DNA of 39,186 bases from Candidatus Hydrogenedentota bacterium (GCA_046583315.1 JAYGCN010000314.1:1-39186), one strand, 5' to 3'; positions 27,673 to 39,056 are shown, counted from the stretch's first letter. The notes: generated by a model not told the origin, from the sequence alone. A program made the numbers and translations.

Positions 27673-30390
27673 TTACTGTGCCAGGATGAGAGCGGTTCCG
27701 ATATGCGTCACGTGGCGGGGTAGTACGTCTACGTTTTCGATTATCGTGAGTTTGGCCCAGTTGCCGTTTTCGAACTGCACTTCGATATGAACATCGCCTG
27801 TAATTGCGGGGAAGCCGTCACCTATGGCAAAGGTGACGTTCGCGTCGGTGGTTGTATTTAGAGAATCGACGTTGATGTATGAGACTTGGTCAACTTTTAC
27901 GCCTTCGGCGCGGTGGGCGATTTTGATTCTGGCGTTTGAGAGTGGTTGAGCGTTCGTGGCAACGAGAATTCCTTCAATTCCCCCGGATGGGTAGAGTAGC
28001 AGCGTTTCTTCAGGATATTCCTCGGCTGGCTCGCCTATGATGGGGGTTGAGCGCACGGAGGTGTAGCCTTCTTTTTGGACGTAGTACCAGGATTCGAGGT
28101 TTGGAACGAACTCGCTCGTGTGGCGGCCTTCTGCATCTGTCTGACCGCTCCCGTATGTACCTGTTCCGTTGGGCGTGTTGCGATACCAATTTGCTTTTGC
28201 GTAGTGGACAGGATTTCCGTCGGGGTCGACAACACGAATGGGTAGTGTAAAATTGTCGGGGAGTATGAAATTGACTTCTCTCTCGTCGCCCGTCGTTACG
28301 GCGACTTCAACGCCATACTTTTCGATTGTCAGATCGCGAGACCACGTATTAAATTCAGGGAAAATATAGTAGGTACCGGGCTCGAAGAAGCGTAGTTCGT
28401 AGTTGTTGCTGCTGGAAAGCTGAGAACCTTCGGTAAATATTCCGTCGGTCAGATATGAAATTCGAACATTCGTGATTGGTTTACCTGTCTGTTCACCGCT
28501 CACCGAGCCGAAAACGCGTATCAATGGTTTCAGTGTAAAGTCCCAGACTTTTTGTTCGCCGTCTTTGAAAGTGCCCAGTTCCTGTTGGAAAGAGAGGGAT
28601 GTCTTGCTGGCGGTTTCGATGCGGGCAAAATAATTCGTATTCGACACGAGCTGGGAGAATTCGTAGAACCCTTGGTCATTGGTCAGTGTGTTTCGTTGAT
28701 CGGAGACACCTGCCGCACGTGCGGGATTTCCGGAGGGGTTTGTCCACGAGACTTCGAACTGTCCATGCAACCGAACGCTGACATTGGATGCTGGTGAGCC
28801 GCCTTCTCTGGAAATTGTGCCGGAGAGGGAGGGTGAAGGACCGATCCGGAACTCAAATGTTTCATCTGATCCTACGGGTACATTTGAGAAGACGGATGCC
28901 CTGTTGTCGGGTGTCGATATTCTAAGGGCGGCGCGACCGTCATCGCGAAAGCCGATAGAGAATTCGCCAGCTTCATCCGTGATGGCGATATTGGTCTTGT
29001 AGCCGATACCACTGCCTGATCCACGTTCTTCTACAGTACCCAATGGCGAGACCAGGGCGCCTGATATGAGAACGCCAGTCTCGGTGAGGACGACTCCGCG
29101 CAACATGACTCCCTGCGACAGCACAAATTCAACATCGTCGTAGGTATGCTGCGCTTCCAGGTTCATCCTTTTTGATTCAGTCTTGTAGCCCTCGGCGGAT
29201 GCGCTCAAGTACACATACCTGGCTGGAATATTCTTGAAGCGGTAGATGCCATCGGCATCCGTGGATGTGGTGTGAGGTAAGTCGAAGGGGTTCGAGTGTT
29301 GGTTGCCGAGTATCATTTGGATTTCTGGAGACGTGGCCATGGAAATAATCGCTCCCGGTATTGGGAACGCATGTTCGTCATAAATTTATCCGGAGAGAAA
29401 TACCGTGCCTTCGCTGTGCGTACTTTCTTCAGTCGATTTGTCGTCATCTTTCGGGGGCAATTCAGGAGTTTCTATTGAGCCTGTGCCGATACCCATAGAT
29501 ATTTCGGGGGATGCGACGACCGGGGTTGGCGCAAGTGCATTGGCATTCTGGGTCGATTCGCTTTCGGATTCGGCGGGTTGTTGGCTGGCTATCGGGATAG
29601 GGTTCGGGGTTGGGCCGGAAGATTGAGGAGGTGTCGAACGCCAGAAAGTAAAGGCCAGAATGATCGTCAGTAGTGCAAGTGCTGATGCGGCGACTTTGAT
29701 GTTGCTGGCGAGGAATCCGAATACGGGGATTGATGAGGTAGCTCCTTTTTCTGCGGCGATGGCTCCAGTGATTGCGAGTTTTCCTAGTGCCGTAGAAAGC
29801 GATGATGGGGGAGTCGCGGAAGCCTCTTTTGTGAGTAAGGCGGCAAATGACACGGCGCCGGTTCTGATTCCCTGACGGCTGAGGGTCTTTCGGATCGATT
29901 CGACACCGGTGCTAATTCGATTGGCGGCTCCTTGGCGCGTCAGACCGAGATTTTTTGCGATAGATTCCTGTGTTTGGTCTTCGAAGAAATAGGCGATGAC
30001 TGGCGCGCGTTGTGATTCGGGCAATTTCGCGATGGCTTCATCGACGAGTGCGAGTATTTCACTGTCCGGGGAGGTCGCGGCGTTCTGTTGTGCCGCCTTT
30101 TGTGACGACTCTCGATTTCTCTTGCGCGATTCTGTTCTGATCCAATTGAGGGATAGATTGGTTGCCACGTGGTGCAACCAGGGGCCCAGGTACGCGCCTG
30201 GAGTTTTGGAGGTGCGAGCCAGTGACACGAAACATTCCTGAGCAACGTCTTCGGTATCTGCATCGTTTCCCAGAATTCGGCGGCAAGTGGCGAATACCAT
30301 GCCTGCGTAGCGCGAGGAGAGATCCTTGAAGGCTTCGGCATCCTGGTTTGAAATCCAGCGTTCAAGTAATTCCTGGTCTGACGTCAACAT
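27673..30390 (-). pseudogene. ECF sigma factor - TM helix - carboxypeptidase regulatory-like repeats fusion, interrupted by in-frame TAA (29386-29388)
   Basis: Sigma motifs DQELL, DTEDVAQECF, WLHHVATN, AIAKLP..QR, TQESIAKNLG; TM; then TVFLSG*IYDEHAFPIPGAII in frame into 29340-27673 with repeated TDxxGxYxF beta-sandwich motifs. Confidence 0.8.
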
Positions 30391-30482
30391 GGTCTGTTTC
30401 GTCCCTTCGAGTAGTCCATTTTACTCTAAGAACACCGCATGGTTTGGAAACGCAAGTAAAAACTGTCGGGACGCATACGAGG

Positions 30483-30719
30483 TTATTGAAGCTGCTCTTC
30501 CATTGCGAGCCTTTTTGGAAATAGGATGTTGTTTTCCTTGTGAATGTGTTGATGCAGATCCAGCTCAAGCGTGCGTAATCCGTCGATACGGGCGCGATAG
30601 GTGTTGCCCGCCCAATCGGGTTCTGGGTGGTCGTCTGTCAGTTCGCGAATTCGTGTCAGGCCGCCGCGTGCTGCATCGTGTTCGGATTCCATCATTCGTC
30701 TCGGCGCATGGATATTTAT
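30483..30719 (-). pseudogene. ric: 3' remnant of an iron-sulfur cluster repair di-iron protein (Ric/YtfE/ScdA)
   Basis: NIHAPRRMMESEHD...IRELT...NTYRA...DLHQHIHKENNILFP hemerythrin-like motif; the N-terminal two thirds are missing. Confidence 0.8.
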
Positions 30720-30753
30720 CTTGTACTAAAAATAGCATAGTTCCGGCCACCAA

Positions 30754-32253
30754 TCAATCGAGTGAGGATGCCTCGCGCAGCATTTGGGCGATCTCGTGAG
30801 GTGAACCATCGTAGAGACGGAGTATGGTGACTACCCCGTCTGTGAAGTTGGTCATGATGGGAGTGGGCTCAAGGCCGAGGATGCGCGTCGTGTATGGGGA
30901 ATTTGATTCTCGTTCGAAGAAGCGACGAAATCGTGTATCCCATTCTTTGAGTGGCATGGCTACGGTGTATCGATGATTTGGATTCAGGTTAGAGAGAAAG
31001 ACCCGTCGTCCATTGACCCTTTTTGTCGAACCGGAGAATCCGCTCCAGTGTGTCTTGCCCCAGTCGCTGTTGAGCAGGCCTTCGACGTAGGCATCGATTT
31101 CCGCGCCGGTGAGTTCGAGCTGAACGATGTCGTGGCCTCGTTGGCCGCCGGTGCGAAAGATGGCGTTGACATCTGCGGGACCGGGATGAAGTGAGTCGCG
31201 GATGATTTGTGAGCCGTGGCAGAAGGCGAGGTCGGCACCGGCGTGACGTCGAATCCCCTCGGCGCCGAGATAGGCGAGATCCATGAAACCGACGGTTCGG
31301 TCGACGTTGACTACGAAATCGTTGGCCTCGGACGCGAGCAGTGCTTCTTGATCTGTGAAGTACCTTTGCAACGCGGCATCGTGCGACACGGTGGCGTGCT
31401 GCATCGGAATCAACTCGCCGATTGCTGAAAAGATCTCTCCGGATTCGTCATCGACACTCAGCTCTAATCGCCCAACGTATTCGGCATTGCTCCCGGCTTG
31501 GACGAACAGCGCACCGGTGCTGGCTTGGACGATCGGCTTTTTGATGGCTTGATGGGTGTGGCCGGTTACGAATACGTCTACGTTTGTTGCAGAGGTGGCG
31601 ATGGATCGGCAGTCCTGTACACCGAGGTGCGCGACGACGATGATCAGATCGGTTTCGTATTCGAGACGATTCGCTTCGATCACGACGGCCTTGATGGTTT
31701 CATCCAGTGACAGCGCGTTTTCATCGCGTGGTTTGAATACGCCAATGACGCCGATTTCGAGTCCGTTGCGTTGGAATATTGCGGACGGCGCAAAAACCAA
31801 CTTGCCGTCATCGTCGGTCAGGTTTATGGCGAGCACTTTCACGCCGGTAGCAAGTGCTGCACAATCGACGAGGTGTTCGTCTCCATAGGCGTCGTCATGG
31901 TTACCCGGTGCGATGGCATCGTATCCCGCTTGAGCAATGGCTTCATACATGATAGTACTCTTGGAGCGAAAGGTTACCAGGTCGCCCTTTTCCATCACGT
32001 CGCCCGCGTCGAACACGAGAACGTCGTCGCGAGAGGCTTTCACGCCTTGGATGTACCCGGCGACGTAGGCCATTCCGCCTGCACCGTCGTAATCAGCTCG
32101 GACGTGGTCGTGGAGATCGTTTGTATGGAGGATGAGGAGGGATCGTGGTTCTGCCCAGACGGATGCGCAAAAAATGACAAGCGTGGCGGCGAAGGTTGTC
32201 AAGCAAGGCGGCATCCAGAGGCACCTTTTGCGGCGTATGATCAGGTCGTTCAT
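30754..32253 (-). CDS. Bifunctional metallophosphatase / 5'-nucleotidase family protein
   Basis: ILHTNDLHD, FDAGD, PGNHD, VAHLG, TGHTH, VQAG..YVGRLEL, ELTGAEI. Confidence 0.88.
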   Translation of the reverse strand: MNDLIIRRKRCLWMPPCLTTFAATLVIFCASVWAEPRSLLILHTNDLHDHVRADYDGAGGMAYVAGYIQGVKASRDDVLVFDAGDVMEKGDLVTFRSKSTIMYEAIAQAGYDAIAPGNHDDAYGDEHLVDCAALATGVKVLAINLTDDDGKLVFAPSAIFQRNGLEIGVIGVFKPRDENALSLDETIKAVVIEANRLEYETDLIIVVAHLGVQDCRSIATSATNVDVFVTGHTHQAIKKPIVQASTGALFVQAGSNAEYVGRLELSVDDESGEIFSAIGELIPMQHATVSHDAALQRYFTDQEALLASEANDFVVNVDRTVGFMDLAYLGAEGIRRHAGADLAFCHGSQIIRDSLHPGPADVNAIFRTGGQRGHDIVQLELTGAEIDAYVEGLLNSDWGKTHWSGFSGSTKRVNGRRVFLSNLNPNHRYTVAMPLKEWDTRFRRFFERESNSPYTTRILGLEPTPIMTNFTDGVVTILRLYDGSPHEIAQMLREASSLD

Positions 32254-32327
32254 GAAATAGCACTCCGCTAGAATTGAACCATGATCGTCAACGTATCATG
32301 TGGGTTGCTAAAGGTCAATGTAGCAAG

Positions 32328-32364
32328 AAAAAACCTGCTCCCGGAGTGATTTCCGGGAGCAGGT
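32328..32364 (-). terminator. Intrinsic terminator of aceA
   Basis: 13-bp stem ACCTGCTCCCGGA/TCCGGGAGCAGGT followed by a T run on the minus strand, about 25 nt after the stop codon. Confidence 0.85.
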
Positions 32365-32388
32365 GAGAATTACAGTTTCTTGAGCCGT

Positions 32389-34707
32389 TTAGTCGATTGG
32401 CTCTTTGGCGATGAGCTTCTGGAGCTTGTCGCCATCTGGGTCGAGTATGGAGGATACGCGTTCGCCGTCGACGACGGTGACGATGATGTCACCGACTTCG
32501 CTGCTGACTTCGGAGTAGATTCCCAGGGCCATCATGCCTTTGGTCTGGAATTCGTTGTCTTCCGTCGGTGTCAGGTAGTGAACGGCCTCTGCTTTGTAAC
32601 GGTGTACGAGGAAGAGATGAATGAGCGTCATGAGGCGCTTCTTGCGGTAGGTTGTGTCAAAGGTGTTCTGATCACGAACTGAGAGGATGCAACGGTTGCG
32701 GCGATCCTGGATGGTGTCGAAGATGACGTCGGCCACTTTTTCACCATTTGCGTCCTTAACCGTGAGCGCGAGTAGTTCGGAGCCGGCGGTGTGTGGACGT
32801 ATTTTCGCGCGCAATTTGTCCAAGCCGTTTTGCTCGGACCAGATTTTGAGCCAGGTGTCGAGTAGGCTGACGGGTACCTCGGTCTGGATGAGGTGCTGGA
32901 ACTGGGTCGAGCCTTTGCCCATCGCTTTGGTTGCGGCGGTGCGTCCGGAGGTGGCCATGAGTGCACCGTCGAGTCGCGGTCCACCGACGTGGGCCTGAGG
33001 CGTTTTGAATGGTGAGTTTGTCAGGCGCAGTTTGCGTTGGAGTCGTGCCAGGGCGAGCATGCCGTCTTCGAGCAGGGCGGTCGCGAATTCTTCTGCGGCC
33101 AGTCCGTCGAGTTGGTGTCCGCCGTAGGTAATGAAGTTGAACACGAAACCGAGTTTTCCGATTTCTGCGGGGAAGTCACTCATTTCCTGTTCGGTCATTC
33201 CGGTGGTGTCCCAATTGAATGATGGTGACAGGTTGTAGGCGAGCATTTTTTCGGGGTAGACCTCGTGAATGGCATCGGCAAACCATTTGGCATCGGTCAG
33301 ATTCGCGGTCTTTGTTTCCATCCAGATGATATCGCAGAAGGGTGCGACGGCGAGTGATTTTGAGATGGAGTAGGGGATGCCGCCTTGAATCTGGAAATAG
33401 CCTTCTGGTGTACGGGCGAGTTCGCAATCCCAAGTGATATTCAGTCCCAAGGAAATGGCTTTTGCTTCGGCATCACGATGGGAGGCCTGCATGGAGAATG
33501 CTGTCCATTCCTCGATGGTCATATCGATTTTCATGCCGTCTTCTGTTCGGACCTTCATCACGTCAGCGATGGCTTCTGAGTAGGTTTTCATTCCTGCTTC
33601 TGCGTCCCATGCATCAAGTATTTTGTTGGAGAGTGAATCGAGAACTTTTTCGAAGATAGCGCCGGCGGCATTGCCGAGTTCGATGTGTTCTTCGATGACG
33701 ACGTTGAGTCCTGCTTTATCAAACCACGCTTCGACGATTGCATAGGTGTCGTCGGAGATGTTGTAGAGTTTGAAGCCGTTTGCTTCTTCTACGCTGCCGT
33801 TGTACAGGGCTCTGAGAATAGCAATGAAGGTATCCTTGAAGGGGGGCAGGTCGGTATTGGTGGCACCGAGAATGAAGGGTTGGTCGCGTTCGTCGTTGCA
33901 CCCGTCCAAATAGGTGGCGGATTCCGCATCGGTACGCGATACGATGATGCCGGGGGTCTTCATGATGTCGAGTTGGAATCGCGCCGCATTGAGGCGTTTG
34001 ATTTGGTCGTTTTGAGGGACGAGTACTTTGCCGCCCTGGTGCCCGCATTTTTTCACGCCGGGTTTTTGATCTTCGATGTGGTATCCGGGGACACCGACTT
34101 CGACGAAACGGCGAACGAGGTTCATGACGTGTGCTTCTCCGCCGTGTCCGGTGTCGGCATCGGCGATGATGAATGGGCGGTAGTCTACCAAGGGGGATTC
34201 GGCGCGTTCTTCGTCGGTCATGCGTGCACGTGCGTAACTCTGATTACGATCGGCGGTCAAGAGCGCGCGCACGATTGGGGATGCTTCGTCGGGAACCTGG
34301 CTCAGGGGATAACTTGCCAAATCAGGACCGGGATCTTCGGTGATTGAACCCTTGGCTGAAGTTGCCCAGCCACCGAGGTAGATGCCTTCGATTCCGATGC
34401 GTTTGATGGTGACGGCTTGTCCCGGAGAGTAGGGACCGAAAGTTGTTACGGATTTTTGGTCGCCGAACATTTCACGCAAGCGTGCATAGAATCCACTGGC
34501 CGCATCGCGTGCGACGGTGTAGTCCTTGGCAATTGTTCCGCGTTGTTCAGCCACTTGGCGGGCGGTATAGAGTCGCGTGATTTCTTTGAATCGCGGCGAG
34601 TCCATGTAGGCCTGGGTTTCCACTACTTCGGCTTCAAGGCGCTCTTGCTCGTTTTCCGGGGTGGTAATGTCTACCGTTAGGTCGTTGTTGGTATCTGTTG
34701 AGCTCAT
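32389..34707 (-). CDS. aceA: Isocitrate lyase, long ICL2-type (772 aa)
   Basis: [53 protein letters not shown], plus a C-terminal extension of about 165 aa. Confidence 0.95.
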   Translation of the reverse strand: MSSTDTNNDLTVDITTPENEQERLEAEVVETQAYMDSPRFKEITRLYTARQVAEQRGTIAKDYTVARDAASGFYARLREMFGDQKSVTTFGPYSPGQAVTIKRIGIEGIYLGGWATSAKGSITEDPGPDLASYPLSQVPDEASPIVRALLTADRNQSYARARMTDEERAESPLVDYRPFIIADADTGHGGEAHVMNLVRRFVEVGVPGYHIEDQKPGVKKCGHQGGKVLVPQNDQIKRLNAARFQLDIMKTPGIIVSRTDAESATYLDGCNDERDQPFILGATNTDLPPFKDTFIAILRALYNGSVEEANGFKLYNISDDTYAIVEAWFDKAGLNVVIEEHIELGNAAGAIFEKVLDSLSNKILDAWDAEAGMKTYSEAIADVMKVRTEDGMKIDMTIEEWTAFSMQASHRDAEAKAISLGLNITWDCELARTPEGYFQIQGGIPYSISKSLAVAPFCDIIWMETKTANLTDAKWFADAIHEVYPEKMLAYNLSPSFNWDTTGMTEQEMSDFPAEIGKLGFVFNFITYGGHQLDGLAAEEFATALLEDGMLALARLQRKLRLTNSPFKTPQAHVGGPRLDGALMATSGRTAATKAMGKGSTQFQHLIQTEVPVSLLDTWLKIWSEQNGLDKLRAKIRPHTAGSELLALTVKDANGEKVADVIFDTIQDRRNRCILSVRDQNTFDTTYRKKRLMTLIHLFLVHRYKAEAVHYLTPTEDNEFQTKGMMALGIYSEVSSEVGDIIVTVVDGERVSSILDPDGDKLQKLIAKEPID

Positions 34708-35100
34708 GACGAGTCGATCCTTTTTTAATTTGGCGGTCCAATTAGCAGTTACTATATTAACAATAGTCCGATATGCGTATGACTGAATTAATCATTGTGA
34801 GTCGGAACTATAATCAGCAGCAATAGTGGGTAGTGCGCTGCGCGATTCAATTGGTGATGAAAATCAACTATACAATACGAAACGCGCAGCCAGCCTCGAA
34901 GATCCGCACATTCTATCGGAGTCCGAGGCAAGGGATCTAGTTAAGAGGCTAAATAACTTTCAATACCTAGTATTAAGATTGGTAGGGGATAGAGGCTTCG
35001 TCTATTTGCTTTGGTCGTGGTTGCAACGGACCGGATACTTTGCTTTAATGGAGGTTTTCCACTGAGAGTTACCCGAATTACATCGAAAGGCCCTGTTTTC

Positions 35101-35973
35101 ATGCGTTTTTTACTCTCAATACTGGTCGTTTTAGCGTTAATGATCCCAGTTTTTGCTGAAGATTACCCGCTGACGGTGGATTCGTTGCCGCAGGACGGGG
35201 TGCCGAAAGGTTCGGTGACGCAGCATAGGTGGGATACGAGTGAGGTCTTTGCGGGTACGACTCGGGATTATTGGGTGTATGTGCCGGCGCAGTATGACGG
35301 GTCGAAGCCGGCGTGTGTGATGGTGTTTCAGGATGGCGGGAACTACGTAGCCCTGGATAAGAGTTTTCGGATTCCCACAGTTTTTGACAATCTGATACAT
35401 AAGGGGGAGATGCCGGTGACGATCGGGATTTTTATTGACCCGGGTGTGTTTCCGGTTGAGGGTGATAAGCCGAAGCGGAACCGGAGTGTGGAGTACGATA
35501 CCTTGTCGGATGATTATGCGCGATTTTTGTTGGAGGAGATTATTCCTGAGGTGGGGAAGACGTACAAGTTGATAGATAATGCTCAGGGGCGCGCCATTTG
35601 CGGAATCAGCTCGGGCGGCATCTGCGCGTTCACGGTTGCGTGGGAGCGTCCGGATGCGTTCCATAAAGTGATCAGTCACGTGGGGAGTTTCACAAACATT
35701 CGCGGCGGGCATGTGTATCCGGCGTTGATTCGTAGAGCGGAGAAACGGAATATTCGCGTGCATTTGCAGGATGGCGAAAACGATCTGGATAATGCACATG
35801 GCAGCTGGCCGTTGGGCAATCTGCAAATGGAGGCGGCGCTGAAGTTTTCGGAGTATGACTACGCATTCGTGATGGGTACTGAAGGGCATAACGGAAAACA
35901 TGGCGGTGCGATTTTGCCGGATCAGTTGCGGTGGATCTGGCGGGATTATCCGGGGGGACCTGCCGGTCGGTAA
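35101..35973 (+). CDS. Secreted alpha/beta-hydrolase esterase (enterochelin esterase-like)
   Basis: Signal peptide, RDYWVYVPAQY, VFQDG, NRSVEYD, GISSGG nucleophile elbow, GSFTNIRGG. Confidence 0.9.
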   Translation: MRFLLSILVVLALMIPVFAEDYPLTVDSLPQDGVPKGSVTQHRWDTSEVFAGTTRDYWVYVPAQYDGSKPACVMVFQDGGNYVALDKSFRIPTVFDNLIHKGEMPVTIGIFIDPGVFPVEGDKPKRNRSVEYDTLSDDYARFLLEEIIPEVGKTYKLIDNAQGRAICGISSGGICAFTVAWERPDAFHKVISHVGSFTNIRGGHVYPALIRRAEKRNIRVHLQDGENDLDNAHGSWPLGNLQMEAALKFSEYDYAFVMGTEGHNGKHGGAILPDQLRWIWRDYPGGPAGR

Positions 35974-35996
35974 ATTGAGAGTGGGGGCCTGCATAT

Positions 35997-38900
35997 CTAA
36001 CGTGCGACGGTGAAGGTGATGTCGTCGATTCGTTTGTCTTCGGTTGAGCGGAAGCCTCTTTGGTCGATTCCATCCCGGCCGACGCTGTAGACGACGTAGC
36101 CGCCATTGTCTAGTTTTCGATATCTGAGTGTTGCGCCTGCTTCGCCGTAGTGGTCTTGGGGGACTTCTTCGAGGAAGGTGGGGATGAGTTGGTTGAGTGA
36201 GTCCGGCAATCGATCATTGACAACGCAATACCGTTCGACGGCGATTCCGGTTTGGGTAATATCGGAGTACATCTGTGCAGCACCATGGTTGACGTTTAGG
36301 TAGCCGGGCGCGCGAAGTACAGACATCGGTGCCATAAACCACAGTGTCCATAAGCGCTCACCAGATTCCTCGTGATAATTGATAGCCTCTCTGGCACTCA
36401 TCTTTGGGCGCTCCAATGCTCTTTGCACTTCAACGCCGGTGACAATTCGCTCGGCAGCAATCGGCATCATGAGTGATGATAGCGGAATGACAGGCGTGTA
36501 ATGGGCTCGCCACTTTTCCGAATTGAATGAGTAGGAGATTAGGTCTGGAGAAGACATCATGATAATGCGTTCGCCGATAACGGCGTTGTTGCGTGCCTCA
36601 TCGTATTGGTCTTCCTGGGCTTGCAACTCTGCCTGAAGGTGTGAGAGTTGTGAATCGGAAAGTTGAAGATCGTTGAGCAGGTATTGCGCGCTTCCTCGAG
36701 CGATGCCTGAAATGGCCTTTCCGACCATGGCCGAAATCAGCACAGGTTCTTGATACAAGGAGTCTGCGATGGTATGAATCGAGTATAGGCTGGCGAGCGC
36801 TTTTTCCGAGTTGCCTTGGCTGGCCCAGTACCATGCATCCAGGCGCATTTCACGTGCGAGATGCCGAAGCTGCGCCAGATGCTCCATTTCCATACTCATT
36901 CCATTACGAAAGTCGATTGGATAGCGACTTCTCGGATTCTCTTGTTCTGACAGCGCTCGAATTTCTGGCGCGATGAACGAAGTGACGCCTTGCCAGTAAT
37001 CGTGAGTCGAAGACAAGACCTCGTCGGGAATGATGTCCCCGGGTTCATAATACTCGTGACCCATGAAGAGCAGGTTTTCCCAATATTGAGGGCGATCGTC
37101 TTGTTCACCGGGCGTTTTGGGATCGGGGAATTGACTATCAAAGTATGCGATGTGCTCCTGTTCTTTCTGTTGTTGCAGTTGGATCAATCGGAGGAAGGCC
37201 GATGCCAGATTCTCTTCTTCGGGAACTTCGGCGTAATGCTCATTCAAATCGTCCAGGTTGGTGGGCATGTCTTTTGCGCGGTAGGTGGCTTCGTATGCTG
37301 GGCGTGCGGGCCACCCGAGCCAGAGGGTGAATAGGGCGATTGCCATGAGGGCGGCAACTTGTCTGGGCATCGGACTTAAAGCGGTTGTTGGTTGATGGAG
37401 TTTGGTGGTCGTCCCGTGGCGACGTCGGTGGAGATCGAGTGTGGTTGCAAGGAAGGGAAGCGGGACGAGGCTTGCAACGGCAATGCAAGTCCATAGGCCA
37501 GCAAGATACCATTTCGGAGCGGGTGCGACGCCTGCCATGCTGATGGCGGCCTGTCCGTGTATGAGCCAGGCGGTCAACGCCCAGAGAAACAGCCAGAACG
37601 CGATAGTGCGACTAGATAGAAGTCCGAGATGAATGCACCGAATGGCTGTTGCAAGGCAGATTACAATGGAGATCGTCGCCGATACGAGTAGAATGTCGGA
37701 AGTATCGTTACCCTGGCTTAAGAGGGATAAAAGCAACGTCGCGATACTCAGGATGAGTGAGAGAATGAGGAGTAGACCGGTTACGCGCGTGAGCACAGCC
37801 ATGAGCGCCCAGGCGATTAGGCCGATGAGGAGGGCGCGGCCAATAAGCACCCAGATGACTTCGCGGATGGAGGTGACGCCGATGTTGAGGGCTTCGGGGA
37901 TGTATTCGGTGATGAATCCGCTTTGCGGCCAGGCGAAGTGGATGATGTTGGCGATGATGAGTAGGGGCAATAGCAGCATGGCGTTGGAGAGCATGCGGGC
38001 GTTGGCCATTTGTTCGGTGGTGAGGGGTTGTAAGTGGTGGAACCCGGGCAAACCTTTGGGGCTGCGGTACCAGAGTATGCCTTTGACGAGTCCGTGGGCG
38101 ATCGCGCCGGTGAGGACGCCTGCGAAGGGTACGAATGCGCCCCAGACGGCGTAGCCGGGCATGTCGACGTACCCTTCGCGTGAGGCTGGATATTTTTGGG
38201 AGACGTACCAGATGCCGATGAAGAGCGCGAAGGGCCAGCCTGTTGCGACGATTGGCAACAGGAAGATTGATCGTCTTGTTTCCCACCAGGCTTGGGCGGC
38301 GATGGGTGAGCGGAAGGGGTTGCGGTTACGGGTTCGTTTGGAGCTGAGGTCGAACTGTTTATGCCATTCCCAGATTTCGGGGATACCGTATTGACGTCCA
38401 GCGCGTGCTGCGCGTACGGCGAACAGTGACACGCCGAATGACAGGATGCCCAGAATAATGAGTGCGATTAGGTATTCGTTCGGATGTTTGTCTACGTGTA
38501 CGGTGAGGTCACCGAAGAATTGAGGAATTTCCCAACTTCCGTCGCCGAGCAGATACCACGCGAGGTATCCGAGGGCGATGGATGCAACGACGCTGCTTAT
38601 TCCTTTGAATTGATTGCGGGTCCAGTCGAGCACTTGCAATGCCAGATAAAACGTGACGATAAACAGTGCGGCCTTGTATCCGATTTGATATTCGAAGAGG
38701 GTGCGGGACAAGGCGATGATTCCGATCGATGCCAGGGAGACGAAACTTGTCCGCAAGACGAATGCGATTGTCACAGGGATGAAAGTGGAAACGGGTAGTT
38801 GCAGGATTCGCGCGGAGAAACCTGCCTGCATCGCGCCCGTGTAGTCAATATTCAGGATTAGTAATGCAGCGATGATGACCGGGGCTGCGCAGACGTACCA

Positions 38901-39056
38901 CAGCAGTTGTTGAGGATCCCGCTGGAGATATAAGTCAACGCCGCTTAGGTTGAGCCAAACCAACGCGATGCAGCCCATTAGTCCGCAGGTGCCGGCAATT
39001 ACGCCGCCTACGCGGAGTTCTTCCTTGATTTTGTTGGGGAGGGCGGGATCAGTCAT
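35997..39056 (-). CDS. Large multi-pass membrane protein (ABC export permease-like) fused to a soluble helical C-terminal domain
   Basis: Two permease-like halves (ILQLPVST; AQAWWETRR...HLQPLTT), then EENLA...PVLISAMV...GIAVERY...LPDSLNQLIP...VYSVGRDGID. ATG 39056 overlaps the upstream gene's end. Confidence 0.75.
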   Translation of the reverse strand: MTDPALPNKIKEELRVGGVIAGTCGLMGCIALVWLNLSGVDLYLQRDPQQLLWYVCAAPVIIAALLILNIDYTGAMQAGFSARILQLPVSTFIPVTIAFVLRTSFVSLASIGIIALSRTLFEYQIGYKAALFIVTFYLALQVLDWTRNQFKGISSVVASIALGYLAWYLLGDGSWEIPQFFGDLTVHVDKHPNEYLIALIILGILSFGVSLFAVRAARAGRQYGIPEIWEWHKQFDLSSKRTRNRNPFRSPIAAQAWWETRRSIFLLPIVATGWPFALFIGIWYVSQKYPASREGYVDMPGYAVWGAFVPFAGVLTGAIAHGLVKGILWYRSPKGLPGFHHLQPLTTEQMANARMLSNAMLLLPLLIIANIIHFAWPQSGFITEYIPEALNIGVTSIREVIWVLIGRALLIGLIAWALMAVLTRVTGLLLILSLILSIATLLLSLLSQGNDTSDILLVSATISIVICLATAIRCIHLGLLSSRTIAFWLFLWALTAWLIHGQAAISMAGVAPAPKWYLAGLWTCIAVASLVPLPFLATTLDLHRRRHGTTTKLHQPTTALSPMPRQVAALMAIALFTLWLGWPARPAYEATYRAKDMPTNLDDLNEHYAEVPEEENLASAFLRLIQLQQQKEQEHIAYFDSQFPDPKTPGEQDDRPQYWENLLFMGHEYYEPGDIIPDEVLSSTHDYWQGVTSFIAPEIRALSEQENPRSRYPIDFRNGMSMEMEHLAQLRHLAREMRLDAWYWASQGNSEKALASLYSIHTIADSLYQEPVLISAMVGKAISGIARGSAQYLLNDLQLSDSQLSHLQAELQAQEDQYDEARNNAVIGERIIMMSSPDLISYSFNSEKWRAHYTPVIPLSSLMMPIAAERIVTGVEVQRALERPKMSAREAINYHEESGERLWTLWFMAPMSVLRAPGYLNVNHGAAQMYSDITQTGIAVERYCVVNDRLPDSLNQLIPTFLEEVPQDHYGEAGATLRYRKLDNGGYVVYSVGRDGIDQRGFRSTEDKRIDDITFTVAR

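Noticed and set aside
34826..35065. 79-aa ORF between aceA and the esterase
   Set aside because: No RBS or recognisable motif; lies in an AT-rich divergent promoter region
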